Virus record (IMG/VR): IMGVR_UViG_3300044670_001468
Span: 1 to 49,568 of that record
DNA length: 49,568 bases
Reading direction: 5' to 3' (one strand)
DNA from: a virus
Taxonomy: Duplodnaviria > Caudoviricetes
Under the pieces are notes generated by a model that searched no databases, had not been told where the DNA came from, and saw only the letters and a program-made list of their open reading frames with translations. Both the position numbers and the translations under genes were made by a program. Shown one piece after another: positions 7,962-19,900 of the stretch (the first letter of the stretch is position 1; each line of letters begins with the position of its first letter).

Positions 7962-10097
7962 ATGGCAGAAAATATAAACAGAGTAGTAGGACAGGCAGGA
8001 GCATACAAATACGACAAGGGTGGCACGGTCATACAACCGGGACCCCTGGTTGGCAAGGTAAAGAACAACATCGATCCAACACGCTCAGGCAGGATCCAGG
8101 TATATCTGGAGAGCTACGGCGGAGAGGAAGATGATCCGACAACCTGGAGAACCCTAAACTACATGAGCCCTTACATGGGCATAACCAATCAGAACAACAA
8201 GTCATACGGCACCGCGGAAACGGGAGACTTCTATAACAGGCAGAGCTACGGCATGTGGTTCACCGCTCCTGATCTTGGAACTAAGGTCCTGTGTTTCTTT
8301 GCCAATGGTGACCCGAACCAAGGATACTATCTTGGATCAGTGATGGAACCTGGCATTGGACACATGATCCCCGCCATTGGTGCCTCAACGAATTATGTCA
8401 GATCCGAGGGAATAGGAGCTTCGATCACCGCCACGAGATTGCCAGTGACGGAGATCAACGGCAACTCAACGGACATCTCAGAGGATCCTCAATTCTATAA
8501 TAGGCAGAAGCCCATACATTCAGCGGTGTTCAGCCAACTGTTCTATCAACAGGGACTACAGAACGATCAGATCAGAGGCGTGATTGGCTCCAACAGCCAA
8601 CGTGAATCGCCCAGCCATGTGTTTGGATTCTCAACTCCAGGCCCGGCCATATATGCTGACGCAAATAAAGTCAACGTGTTGGCGAGAAAGGGTGGCCACT
8701 CATTCGTCATGGACGACGGAGACAGGGACGGCAAGGATCAATTGGTCCGCATCAGGACGGCCGCAGGACACCAGATCACACTAAGCGACAGTGGTGAGAG
8801 CATCAGCATACACCATGCCAATGGTGAATCGTGGATCGAATTTGGCAAGGAGGGAACTCTTGACGTCTTTTCAACCAACTCGGTTAACGTGAGGACCAGG
8901 GGAACGATCAACCTACATGCTGATCAGGACATCAACATGCACGCCGGCGGTAGTATCAACATGCTGAGTGGACGATACATCAAACAGGAATCAACATACA
9001 TAAGCCACCGTGCTGAAGCAGAACTGAAATTATATTCAAAATTGAAATTGGTGGCACGATCAGACAACTTATTAGCCATTGACGCACAGGAATTGGGATC
9101 ATTTGATGGTGGCAAGAACATGGTATTACATGCTGACTGTATAGCGTTGAACTCGGGAGCGGGAGTTCCAGTTTCAGCGGCCACTGCCATTAGGAAGAAT
9201 CAAGTCGCTGACGTGACGTCATTTGGAGATCAGGGATGGCAACCTACTCCCAGGGCATTGGAGACCATCACTACCAGGGCACCAACACACGAACCATGGC
9301 CCTATCACGGATTGGGCACACAGAACTCCGTTGACTATTCGCCACCGGCAAACACGAGCTTGCCCACAGCGACACAGCAACAGGTGCAGGCGGCATCACT
9401 GTTACAGCCGACCACTACTATCAATATCGACGACTTCGCATTACAGAACAGAGCCAGTGTTGACATTGGATCAATGAACACTGATCAGGTCACGGGCATA
9501 ATGGGACAGATAGCCAAGAATGCGTCACAGGGCTACACGGATTTCTCAGTGAACAATGGATTAGGAAAATACGGACTGTCAGCGGCCCAATTGGAAGAGG
9601 CAGGCTACCTCGTTCCCGGAACGGTGCAGACATATCTATCAAATCCTAACAACATAGAGAACATCCTACGCAGGACGGAGGTGTGGAGTGAGAAGGATTC
9701 GGTCAGCGACCTATCAACATTCCTAAACAACAAGTCAGCACAGGACAATGCGGTGCAGGGAGTGCTCCAGGCAGGTTATTCATCAATGAGGACCAATGGC
9801 GTGATCACTGGAACTGAATCAGCCACAGACATTGGCGGATTGTTGACAAGTGCTGTGAACTATGGCACCAATAACACTATCAAATGGGCCAAGGGATTGG
9901 ACATTAACTCCGAGTTGAAGAATGGAATCAGCCAATCCGTTCGCAATGGCCAGTATGCCGTGACCTTTGTGGACGAGAAAGTCAGCGAAACCCTGAGTGC
10001 ATTTGGCAATCCAGGTGCCAGCACGAACACTGTCAACAATGATGCCATCAAGCAGGCACAGGCACTGTTGGTTAAAGATCCTAACATCACGGGATAA
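7962..10097 (+). CDS. gp5: gp5-like central spike (OB-fold, beta-helix, C-terminal lysozyme-like region)
   Basis: VK.N.DP.RSGRIQV...YGMWF.APD.GT.VLCFF.NGD (OB-fold). GGH.FVMDDG...RIRT..GHQI...SWIE repeats. RAPTHEPW. Confidence 0.8.
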   Translation: MAENINRVVGQAGAYKYDKGGTVIQPGPLVGKVKNNIDPTRSGRIQVYLESYGGEEDDPTTWRTLNYMSPYMGITNQNNKSYGTAETGDFYNRQSYGMWFTAPDLGTKVLCFFANGDPNQGYYLGSVMEPGIGHMIPAIGASTNYVRSEGIGASITATRLPVTEINGNSTDISEDPQFYNRQKPIHSAVFSQLFYQQGLQNDQIRGVIGSNSQRESPSHVFGFSTPGPAIYADANKVNVLARKGGHSFVMDDGDRDGKDQLVRIRTAAGHQITLSDSGESISIHHANGESWIEFGKEGTLDVFSTNSVNVRTRGTINLHADQDINMHAGGSINMLSGRYIKQESTYISHRAEAELKLYSKLKLVARSDNLLAIDAQELGSFDGGKNMVLHADCIALNSGAGVPVSAATAIRKNQVADVTSFGDQGWQPTPRALETITTRAPTHEPWPYHGLGTQNSVDYSPPANTSLPTATQQQVQAASLLQPTTTINIDDFALQNRASVDIGSMNTDQVTGIMGQIAKNASQGYTDFSVNNGLGKYGLSAAQLEEAGYLVPGTVQTYLSNPNNIENILRRTEVWSEKDSVSDLSTFLNNKSAQDNAVQGVLQAGYSSMRTNGVITGTESATDIGGLLTSAVNYGTNNTIKWAKGLDINSELKNGISQSVRNGQYAVTFVDEKVSETLSAFGNPGASTNTVNNDAIKQAQALLVKDPNITG

Positions 10098-10103
10098 TAA
10101 ATA
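10096..10103 (+). promoter_or_regulatory. T4-like late promoter (AATAAATA) 5 nt before the gp25 ATG
   Basis: Sequence AATAAATA-ctagc-ATG with no SD. Confidence 0.65.
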
Positions 10104-10108
10104 CTAGC

Positions 10109-10483
10109 ATGGCAACCTACTACGGATTCAACACAATAGGGCAGGACAAGAAGTTTCGCTTGGAGGACTATGAATTGGTCAAGCGAGATGTTCTCAACAG
10201 CCTCCTGATCAAGCAGGGCGAGAAGCCCGGAAATCCCACCTACGGCACTTCGATATGGAACATAATATTTGAACCCATGACAGATGACGTCATGCGTGAC
10301 ATAGAGACAGAGCTACGCAGGACCATACAGCAAGATCCCAGGGTCAAACTTGACAGACTATCAGTCTATCCACAGGAGAACGGTGTCCTGATCGAGCTTG
10401 ACGTCACGGTATTACCCACCACAGAAGAATACAGGTTAACCCTGTTCTTCGATCAAACACTAAACACAGTCTCCGCCCGTTAA
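10109..10483 (+). CDS. gp25: gp25-like baseplate wedge / sheath initiator
   Basis: LVKRD.LN.L....GEK..NP.YGT.IW..IFEP...DPRV is the GPW_gp25 pattern. Confidence 0.9.
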   Translation: MATYYGFNTIGQDKKFRLEDYELVKRDVLNSLLIKQGEKPGNPTYGTSIWNIIFEPMTDDVMRDIETELRRTIQQDPRVKLDRLSVYPQENGVLIELDVTVLPTTEEYRLTLFFDQTLNTVSAR

Positions 10484-10509
10484 TTATAATATACGCAGTT
10501 ATCTAAGGT

Positions 10510-10517
10510 GATAAATA
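10510..10517 (+). promoter_or_regulatory. T4-like late promoter (GATAAATA)
   Basis: Intergenic, 20 nt upstream of the gp6 ATG. Confidence 0.7.
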
Positions 10518-10537
10518 TTGGATAACAGAGAGATATT

Positions 10538-13500
10538 ATGGCTAAGACTACAAGACAGACAGCAATATTTGGTGCGGAAGATTGGAAGAGATTATATCGA
10601 ACATTCCGTGAGGCAGACCTTCAGAGCTATGACTATGAGACTCTTCGGAAGTCAATGGTTGACTATCTCAGATTATACTATCCTGAGACGTTCAACGACT
10701 TCACGGAGTCATCAGAGTTCATCGCACTATTGGATCTCATGGCCTTCATGGGCCAGGGCCTCGCATTCCGCAATGACTTAAACGCTCGTGAGAACTTCAT
10801 TGACACGGCAGAGCGCCGTGACTCAGTGGTCAAGCTGGCAGAGCTGGTTGGATACAAGCCTAAGCGTAATTTAAACGCACAGGGCTACATCAAGGTCACT
10901 GCTGTGACCACCACTGAATCAGTGACAGACTACAATGGATTGAATCTATCAGGAGTCACCGTTCGATGGAACGATGCCACCAATGCTGATTGGTTCGAGC
11001 AATTCAATGCTGTCATGAATGCCGCCATGGTGTCTAACCAAAGATATGGTCGACCAGGCATGGGACAGAGCATACTTGGAATCCAAACTGACGAATACGA
11101 ATTAAATGTGACACCGGGATACCTCCCAGTGGTCCCCTTTGACGCCACGGTTGACGGCATTGGCATGTCATTTGAAGTGGTGTCAGCGACATCAGCCAAC
11201 AAAACTTACGTATATGAGCCAGCACCACAGCCAGATGGACAAATGAATGTCCTCTATCGCAATGACAAGTTGGGATTTGGTTCTGTCAACACTGGTTATT
11301 TCTTTTACTTCAAGCAGGGTAGCTTGATCAACCAACAGTTCACCCTGGGAGAACGCATTTCAAATCGTGCAGTTGACATAGCCATTGACGGTGTCAACAA
11401 TGATGACGTTTGGTTGTTTGAGGTAGAGAACGGAACGCTGACAGAATGGAACAAGGTTGACTCGATCTATGGCGTGGGAGCCACTCCAGTGGTCGACGGA
11501 CAACAGAGAACAGTCTATTCAGTTGAGTCAGGAGGCAATGACACCATCACCATTAACTTCGGAGACGGAGTGTTTGCCAAGATACCTGTTGGAACATACA
11601 GAACATATTTGAGAACATCAAATGGATTAGAATATGTCATAAATCCAAACGAGATACAGTCAGTGACCGTGACACTTCCATACATATCACGCTCTGGACG
11701 TAATGAGAGCATGACATTCACGCTTGGTCTACAGGAACCCGTGACCAATGCCAAGGCCAGAGAAACACTTAATGAGATCAAGACCCGTGCTCCGGCAAGA
11801 TTCTACACACAGAACAGGATGGTCAACGGTGAGGACTACAACAACTTTCCATACACCCAATACACCTCAATACTGAGATCCAAGGCAGTTGGCAGATCAT
11901 CGATCGGTCTCAATAGATATTTGGATCTACTTGACCCGACTGGTAAGTATTCAAGCACAAATTCGTTCTGTGCGGATGGAATGTTCTATCAGGACTACAC
12001 TGATCCAAACTTCACGTTCACGTTCGTTGACACCAATGACATTTCCAGTGCCATAACCAACACACTGGAGCCAAAGATAGCGGATAGGCTAATGCGCCAT
12101 TTCTACAATGACAAGTTTGCCAGGATCAATCTGACATCAACAGACATATTGTGGCAACAGTCAACCACGACCACCAATCAATCAACAGGGTATTTCAAGA
12201 ATGCCGCGGGAAATCCCATATCGGTTGGCTCGATAGCATCAGGCAACACCAAATACATAGCCAACGGAGCATTGATCAAGTTCGAGGCACCCGCTGGATT
12301 ATATTTTGACACCAACAACAAATTAAAGGCAGGCTCGCCCACGGGAGTTGATGAGAAATTAGTGGTATGGGCAACTGTGACAAGCCTGACTGGAGACGGA
12401 ACCAACTTTGGAGATGGAAATCTGGCAGATGGCTCAGGACCAGTGACACTGAATGACTTCCTTCCAACGGGAGCTGACGTCACTGAAGTGATTCCGGTGT
12501 TCGTGACTGACATTCCTGTGTTGATTGAAACGCAGATGATCGAGCAGATTGAGCTCTATAGGAACTTTGGCATAGGTTTTGATAACACGAATGGAACATG
12601 GTATGTGATATCAGGGGACAACTTGAAGCAAGATGCCGCATTTGACCTATCATTTGCCAAGAACAATGACAGGCTACAGCGTGATGCATCATGGTTGGCA
12701 CAGTTCACCACTGATGGATCAACATATACAGTGAAATACAGGAACTTAAATTACTACTTTGCGTCAGTGGCAGAGAACAGGTTCATATTCAACGGCAATG
12801 ACAACATCTATGATCCGAGGACGGGCCAGGTGGTAAATGACTTCGTCAACGTGTTGAAGATGAACAGCCAGCCTGATTCAAACTCAGCACTGACATCAGA
12901 CATCAAACTGGACGTGATCGGACAAGAGATCGAGACTGATGGGTTCGTTGACAACTTTAAGATATTGGTCAGTTATGCAGATTCGGATGCAGACGGCGTC
13001 GCGGACAATCCAGACATATTCGATGACATCGTCGCTCCAGCGACCAATGCGTCAACCAAGAAGGTGTTCCTACAGAGGACAACGGATTTTGATAATCTAG
13101 AGAGATACGTTCCTGTGGCATCGGGCGTGATCAACACATTATACGCTAACTTGGATGCCATGGAGTTGGCCAAGACTGAATATCTAAACGGCCAGGTGTT
13201 TTATGGAACGACCAGTGAGAAGTTCTATGTGTTGTCAGTGTCAGGAACGACCTACACTCTGACGGAGACCACGATCTACGAGGACAAGATAGGAAGACAG
13301 GATCTCTATTTCCATTACAGACACAATTCGGGAGATGGCAACAGGGTTGACCCAGCGATCACCAACATCGTTGATCTATATCTCGTGACCAATGCCTACT
13401 ACACATCATATCAGAACTGGATCAAGGATGCCACAGGCAAGGTCACGGAGCCAGCACAGCCCACCATTGATGAATTGACCATAGCCTATGCTGGCCTACA

Positions 13501-13936
13501 AGACTACAAGATGCTGAGTGATAACATGATCATGAACTCAGTCAAATTCAAACCATTGTTTGGTAGCAAGGCATCGACAGAACTACAGGCCACGATCAAG
13601 GTCATCAAGTATCAGGGAGTGATCACGTCAACCAGCGAGATCAAGTCACGTGTGATAGAGGCCATGAATGAGTATTTCACCATAGACAAGTGGGACTTTG
13701 GAGACACGTTCTACTTCTCTGAACTGTCAGCATATTTACATGATCAATTAGGTGACATAGTGTCATCGGTCGTGCTAGTTCCAAAGGATCCAACGAAATC
13801 ATTCGGAGATCTATATGAGATCAGATCAGCACCAAACGAGATATTCGTGAACGCGGCCACGGTCAATGACATTGACGTAGTGGATGCACTGACATCAACA
13901 GTTTTAAGAACAGCAAGCAATAGTGGAGTCGCTTAA
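10538..13936 (+). CDS. gp6: gp6-like baseplate wedge protein
   Basis: D...LR.....Y...FNDF.ESSEF.ALLDL.A...ENFIDTAERRDSV..LA..VGY.P, FGDGVF..IP and AP..FYTQNRMV..EDY motifs. Confidence 0.88.
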   Translation: MAKTTRQTAIFGAEDWKRLYRTFREADLQSYDYETLRKSMVDYLRLYYPETFNDFTESSEFIALLDLMAFMGQGLAFRNDLNARENFIDTAERRDSVVKLAELVGYKPKRNLNAQGYIKVTAVTTTESVTDYNGLNLSGVTVRWNDATNADWFEQFNAVMNAAMVSNQRYGRPGMGQSILGIQTDEYELNVTPGYLPVVPFDATVDGIGMSFEVVSATSANKTYVYEPAPQPDGQMNVLYRNDKLGFGSVNTGYFFYFKQGSLINQQFTLGERISNRAVDIAIDGVNNDDVWLFEVENGTLTEWNKVDSIYGVGATPVVDGQQRTVYSVESGGNDTITINFGDGVFAKIPVGTYRTYLRTSNGLEYVINPNEIQSVTVTLPYISRSGRNESMTFTLGLQEPVTNAKARETLNEIKTRAPARFYTQNRMVNGEDYNNFPYTQYTSILRSKAVGRSSIGLNRYLDLLDPTGKYSSTNSFCADGMFYQDYTDPNFTFTFVDTNDISSAITNTLEPKIADRLMRHFYNDKFARINLTSTDILWQQSTTTTNQSTGYFKNAAGNPISVGSIASGNTKYIANGALIKFEAPAGLYFDTNNKLKAGSPTGVDEKLVVWATVTSLTGDGTNFGDGNLADGSGPVTLNDFLPTGADVTEVIPVFVTDIPVLIETQMIEQIELYRNFGIGFDNTNGTWYVISGDNLKQDAAFDLSFAKNNDRLQRDASWLAQFTTDGSTYTVKYRNLNYYFASVAENRFIFNGNDNIYDPRTGQVVNDFVNVLKMNSQPDSNSALTSDIKLDVIGQEIETDGFVDNFKILVSYADSDADGVADNPDIFDDIVAPATNASTKKVFLQRTTDFDNLERYVPVASGVINTLYANLDAMELAKTEYLNGQVFYGTTSEKFYVLSVSGTTYTLTETTIYEDKIGRQDLYFHYRHNSGDGNRVDPAITNIVDLYLVTNAYYTSYQNWIKDATGKVTEPAQPTIDELTIAYAGLQDYKMLSDNMIMNSVKFKPLFGSKASTELQATIKVIKYQGVITSTSEIKSRVIEAMNEYFTIDKWDFGDTFYFSELSAYLHDQLGDIVSSVVLVPKDPTKSFGDLYEIRSAPNEIFVNAATVNDIDVVDALTSTVLRTASNSGVA

Positions 13937-16900
13937 TGGCAACAACTAGGATAAGATCGGTAGACCTGCTACCTGAGATATTTAGAACCGAGACCAACAA
14001 GAAGTTCTTGGCGTCGACCCTGGACCAGATGATCCAGCCATCACGCCTACAGCGTGTTGAGGGATACGTCGGCAGGACCTATGGACTCGGAGTCAACACC
14101 GTGGATAATTACGTCCTAGAGCCAGACAAGGAGAGGACCAATTACCAACTCGAGCCTGCCATCACATACAAGGTAGCCAACACCGCCAGGACCAAGGATC
14201 TAATAACATATCCTGAGATATTAGATGCCATACAGGTCAGGGGCGGCAACGTGACCAGACATGATAGATTGTTCTCAAGCGAGTTCTATTCCTGGGATCC
14301 ATTCGTGGACTACGACAAGTTCGTTAACTTCGGCCAATACTATTGGTTGTCAGGTGGACCAGATACAGTTGACGTCCAAGCCACGGAGATAGCACTCAGT
14401 GACTCATTTGAAGTTACCAGGAGTGATGACGGATATGGACTGGAGGGACAGGCAGGAGACAATCCAACCATCACTCTGGTGAGAGGTGGCAACTACACGT
14501 TTGAGGTCCAACAGGATGGCAATCCTTTCTGGATACAGGCCAGCCCAGGCACACAGGGCGGGCTGACCCAGAGCCCAAACATATCAGCCAGGGGAATACT
14601 GGGAGTCACCAACAACGGTGAGGACAATGGCACGGTAAGATTCAATGTTCCAGATTCCACGGCACAGAATTTCTATTTCAATCTAACTGATCTAGGTGAC
14701 GTTGACCTAGCCACTGATCTCAAATTTGACGAGATCAATAATCGCTATGTTGACGAGTTCTTGGATGACACGGATGGCATTGACGAGATCAGGGATCTCA
14801 ACGGTAGGACAGTGATCTTCTTAAATCGCAATACTGAGACAGATCCTGAGCTGTCGGGATGGCGCAGGACTGACCAGTTCGACAATGCCAACTTTGACAT
14901 CGAGGCATACGCACAGGAAACAGAGATAACAACATCAGCACAGCGTTACTCAGTGTGGCGCATTGAATATGTTGCTGGACCTGATGGCAGAAACTACATT
15001 AAATTAAATTCAATACTAAGCGTTCCACAGAACTCCAAGGTCCAGATACAATACGGAACCGTTAATTCATCAAGAACATTCTGGAAGAACGCAGAGGGAT
15101 TCTTTGAGGAACAACCATTACTGACAGCGGTCATGGACCAGTTATGGTATCAGGATGGCAATGATGCTACCAAGTTTGGCGTGATCAAGATAGTTGATCA
15201 GGCAGACCAACTGACACTTGATGTCGAGGAAGAGATAGTTGGCAAGGTAAATTACACGTCACCCAACGGCGTGGTCTTCACCAATGGATTGAAGGTCAAG
15301 TTCCGTGGCACCACGGACCCTGCGACATATCAGGACAATGAATTCTATGTCGAGGGAGTTGGAACGGCAATACAGCTCTTGCCAGTGGATGATTTCAGGA
15401 CTCCAGAGACATACACTGATTCAGAGACGTTGCCATTTGACTCAACGGCATATGACGCAAGCCCATGGGACGAGAGCCTAAACGCTCCCAAGGATGCTGA
15501 TTACTTCACCATAAACAAGGCATCACATGATAAGAACCCTTGGACGAGATCAAACAGATGGACCCACATTGATGTCATAACCAAGACAGCTGAATATAAT
15601 GAGACCACTGCGATACTTGATCAGAATCTCAGGGCCAAGAGACCCATCGTTGAGTTCAAGGCAGGTCTGAGACTATACAACTTTGGAACGGAAGGCAAGC
15701 AACAGATTGACATAATTGATCTAACACAGACAGATGCACTGTCAAATGTCAACGGCAAGACTGGATATTCGATAGACGGATATGGATTGGTCAATGGCAC
15801 ACGAGTGATCTTCGCCAATGACACTGATCCTCAGGTGAGAAATAAGATCTATCAGGTTGAGTTGATCGACGAGGACGGAGTTTCCTCAACAGCCAAGATC
15901 ATCAATCTTACGGTGGCCAGTGATGGTGCGGTATCAACTGATCAAGTGGTTTACTTGTCAAGTGGTGCCACGCTCCAGGGCAAGAGCTATAGATACAATG
16001 GAACATCTTGGGTGGCGGCACAACAGAAGACCAAGGTCAATCAGGCTCCATTGTTTGACGTGTTCGATTCAAGTGGTCGCAGTTTATCAGACAACACATA
16101 CTATCCTTCAACCAACTTCAAGGGAACCAAGCTGTTCTCTTATGCAGAGGGATCTGGCGCTGTTGATACGATATTGAATCAACGATTGAAATATCTAAAC
16201 ATCAATAACGTCGGCGACATAGTATTTGACAACAACTTAGAAAAAGACACATTCACATACACGGTCGACTCAACGTCAACAACCAAGTCGATCAATTTTG
16301 GATTCGTCCACAACTATTCCAATAGAACGGCATACTCCCAGGAGATAGGTTGGAAGAAACACAATAATAAATCAACGCAATATCAGGCATTGGCATTCAC
16401 CTATGCCGGCGTGGCATTGGTCTGTGACGTTCCCGCAAGGACGACTGTTGACAATCCAGTGATAGTGTATGTCAACAATGAATACCAGGATTCAAACAAA
16501 TACACATACACGGTGAGCGGCAAGCAGACCACGGTATCGTTCTTGGCAGACTATGCTCCTGCGACAGGTGCGAACGTTGTCATCAAACTACAAAGTGACT
16601 CAGCCAGCTCAGTGGGATTCTATGAGGTTCCTGACAACCTCGCTAATAACTCACCAAATGGCACGTTCAATGACATCACCCTAGGAACCATCAGGAACCA
16701 TTACATTGATCTGGCACAGAACATCAAGGAACTGTCAGGAGCATTGTTGGGCAAGAACAACATAAGAGATCTGGGAGACGTGGTTCCATACGGCAACAGG
16801 ATAGTCCAACAGGGTTCTCCATTGCAATTTGCCGCGACATTCGCACGTGACTCAAACATCAATTTCTTTGAGGCATTGGAATATTCCGGACAGGAATATG

Positions 16901-19900
16901 AGAAATACAAATGGAAACTGATCGAGGCGTTCTCGAAGAATGATTTCCAAGGAACCATAAGGGATCAATTGGATCAAGCACTTGCACTCGTGAATGAGGG
17001 CAAGGAAAGCTCAATGCCTTTCTATTGGAGTGACACCATACCATGTGGCGATGTCTACACGGAGACCACATACACGGTGACTGCCATTGACGATGACATA
17101 TTTGACCTCACACAGACCTATGACTTCACTAAGGCAAACTACAAGGGACTATTGATATATCTAAACGACGTCCAATTGATACACAATACTGATTACACGG
17201 TGCCAGCAAATGCGGCCAGGGTTGAGATATCTAAGGCATTGGTAGTCGGGGACGTGTTGGTCATCAGAGAATACGAGTCAACTGTTGGATCATACGTTCC
17301 TCCAACACCAACCAAGTTAGGTCTATACGCAAAATACAAGCCAGAGATCGCCACGGACAATACCTACACGACCACACAGACAGTTGTGATCGGTCATGAT
17401 GGAAGCAGGACCGTTGGGTTCGGTGATGCCAGGGATGACCTATTATTAGAATTTGAGAAAAGAATATACAACAACATCAAGGTTCCAACATCCAATGCGA
17501 TCCCCTTGTGTCTCGAGGACGTTGCTCCAGGCAAGTTCAGAACGACAGACTACACACAGGCAGAGATAACAGACATCCTGGGAACAAGTTTCCTATCATG
17601 GGTGGCTTGGAACAGATTGGACTACAAGACACAGGACTATGACGGTGACGATCAGAGGACATGGAATTACTCATCAGCCAGTGACACCATTGACGGCGAG
17701 CTATTGCTAGGACACTGGAGAGGAATATTTAACGACTTCTATGACACTGACACTCCACACACCACTCCGTGGAAGATGATCGGATTCACTGAGAAACCAA
17801 CATGGTGGAACAACAAGTATGGTCCAGCACCATACACCTCAGGTAACAAGGTTCTATGGGATGATCTAGAAGCAGGTCGCATCTGGGATGGTGTTGACAC
17901 ATATACCGTGGATGAGAAATTCAAGCGTCCTAGACTAAGCCAAGTCCTACCAGTGGATGACGAGGGCAATCTCAGAACGGCATTTAACACCATGACTGGT
18001 AATTATGATAGCCTAAGTTTGAGAAAATCCTGGGTCGTGGGAGACCAAGGACCAGTTGAGTCAGCCTGGAGGAGATCGTCAGCATTTCCATTTGCCGTGA
18101 TGCGCCTATTGGCATTGACCAAACCAGCGGAATTCTTCGCACTCAACGCTGACAGAGACCTATACAAGAGAGAGACAGGATTAAATCAGATCTTATATGA
18201 TGGAAGATCCAGGATCACCACAGATGGCCTGACCATATATGGAGCGAACACCGCCAAGCACTCATACATCAATTGGTCAGTTGACTATGCCCGCAAGCAA
18301 GGCATCAACACCAATACTGAAATAGAAGAGACACTGAAAAATATGAATGTCCAACTGGTCTATAGAATGGCCAGTTACTCAGACAAGGAATATCTAAAGA
18401 TCTTCACAGAGAAGACTTCACCTAACTCAAACAACACATCTCTCCTATTGCCAGACGAGAGCTATGAGGTATTTCTACATAACAACGAAGTGTTTGACAC
18501 GGTTGAATACTCATCAGTGATCATCCAGAGAACGGCAGATGGATGGGCAGTCTATGGAAATTCAAAACTAGATCCATACTTTGAGATTTATACGAGCATA
18601 CCAAACGGCAACTACAGGACCGTGACCGTCGGGTCAGAGTCCGTGAGGGTGTCGAGCGACTTTGACACAGCAGTCACTAGAGTTCCATATGGTTATGTGT
18701 TCACATCAAGATCAACCATGTGTGACTTCTTGATCAGTTATGGACGTTATCTGGAAGCCAAGGGCATGGTGTTCGATGACGTGGACAATAGTTACTTGCT
18801 GGATTGGACACAGATGATCCGTGAATTCCTCTACTGGAGCCAACAGGGCTGGACAGAGGGATCATTGATCAACATCAATCCTAATGCCAACAGACTTTAT
18901 TTAGAAAGAGCTAATACTGTGGTCGCTCCGATAGTGGGTCAGACCGCGGATGATTTCATACTGAATCAGAATCTCAGGGCGATATCAAACAGTGATCTAG
19001 TGTTCAACAGGCTGGATAACAAGTTCGAGGTCAAGACCACGAATGAGAACGCAATATCATATGCCAAGATGAAGATGACCAGTTATGAACACGTATTAGT
19101 TTTTGATAACTCAAGTATCTTCAATGATCTGATATATGATCCAATCACGGGTTCAAGACAGAGCAGATTGAAGATAGTTGGTTACAACACGGGTGACTGG
19201 AACGGCAACATCGAGGCACAGGGTTTCATATTTAATTTTGACAATGTCGTTGAATGGTCAGGAACCAAGCGTTACTCCAAGGGAGACATCGTCCTCTACA
19301 AGAATCAATACTATGCCGCGGCCGAACCAGTGCCACCAAGTGACATGTTCAACTATGCCAAGTGGTTGGAGACAGAATATGATAACATCAAGAAGGGTCT
19401 GCTACCTAACCTCAGCCTCAAGACAGACCAACTGCGTGACTACTACGATCATAACATAGCGAACCTAGAGAATGACGCAGATCAATTAGGATTCCACTTG
19501 GTTGGGTTTGAACAGAGAAATTATATGACCAACATGGGACTAGATGACATCAGCCAGGTCCGTGTGTATGAGAACTTCATTGGCAACAAGGGAACGAAGA
19601 GGGCAACAGACCTATTCAAGTCAGCAAGGCTTCCCAAAGAACTTGCCAATTATGAGATATTTGAGAACTGGGCCGTCAGACAGGGAACCTATGGTGCTTC
19701 AGCCAACAGGAGCTTCTATGAGCTAAGATTAGACGAGGCAAAGATGAGCTCCAATCCTGCCACCGTTGGGCTTTCAACCAGTGAATCAAGGACCGACGTG
19801 GATCAGACGGTGATATTGTCAGACATCTATAAGCAGAGCTATAAGATCACAACGGCAAATGTGTTACCAACATTGAATTATGTGTCAAGTGAGAGAAATC

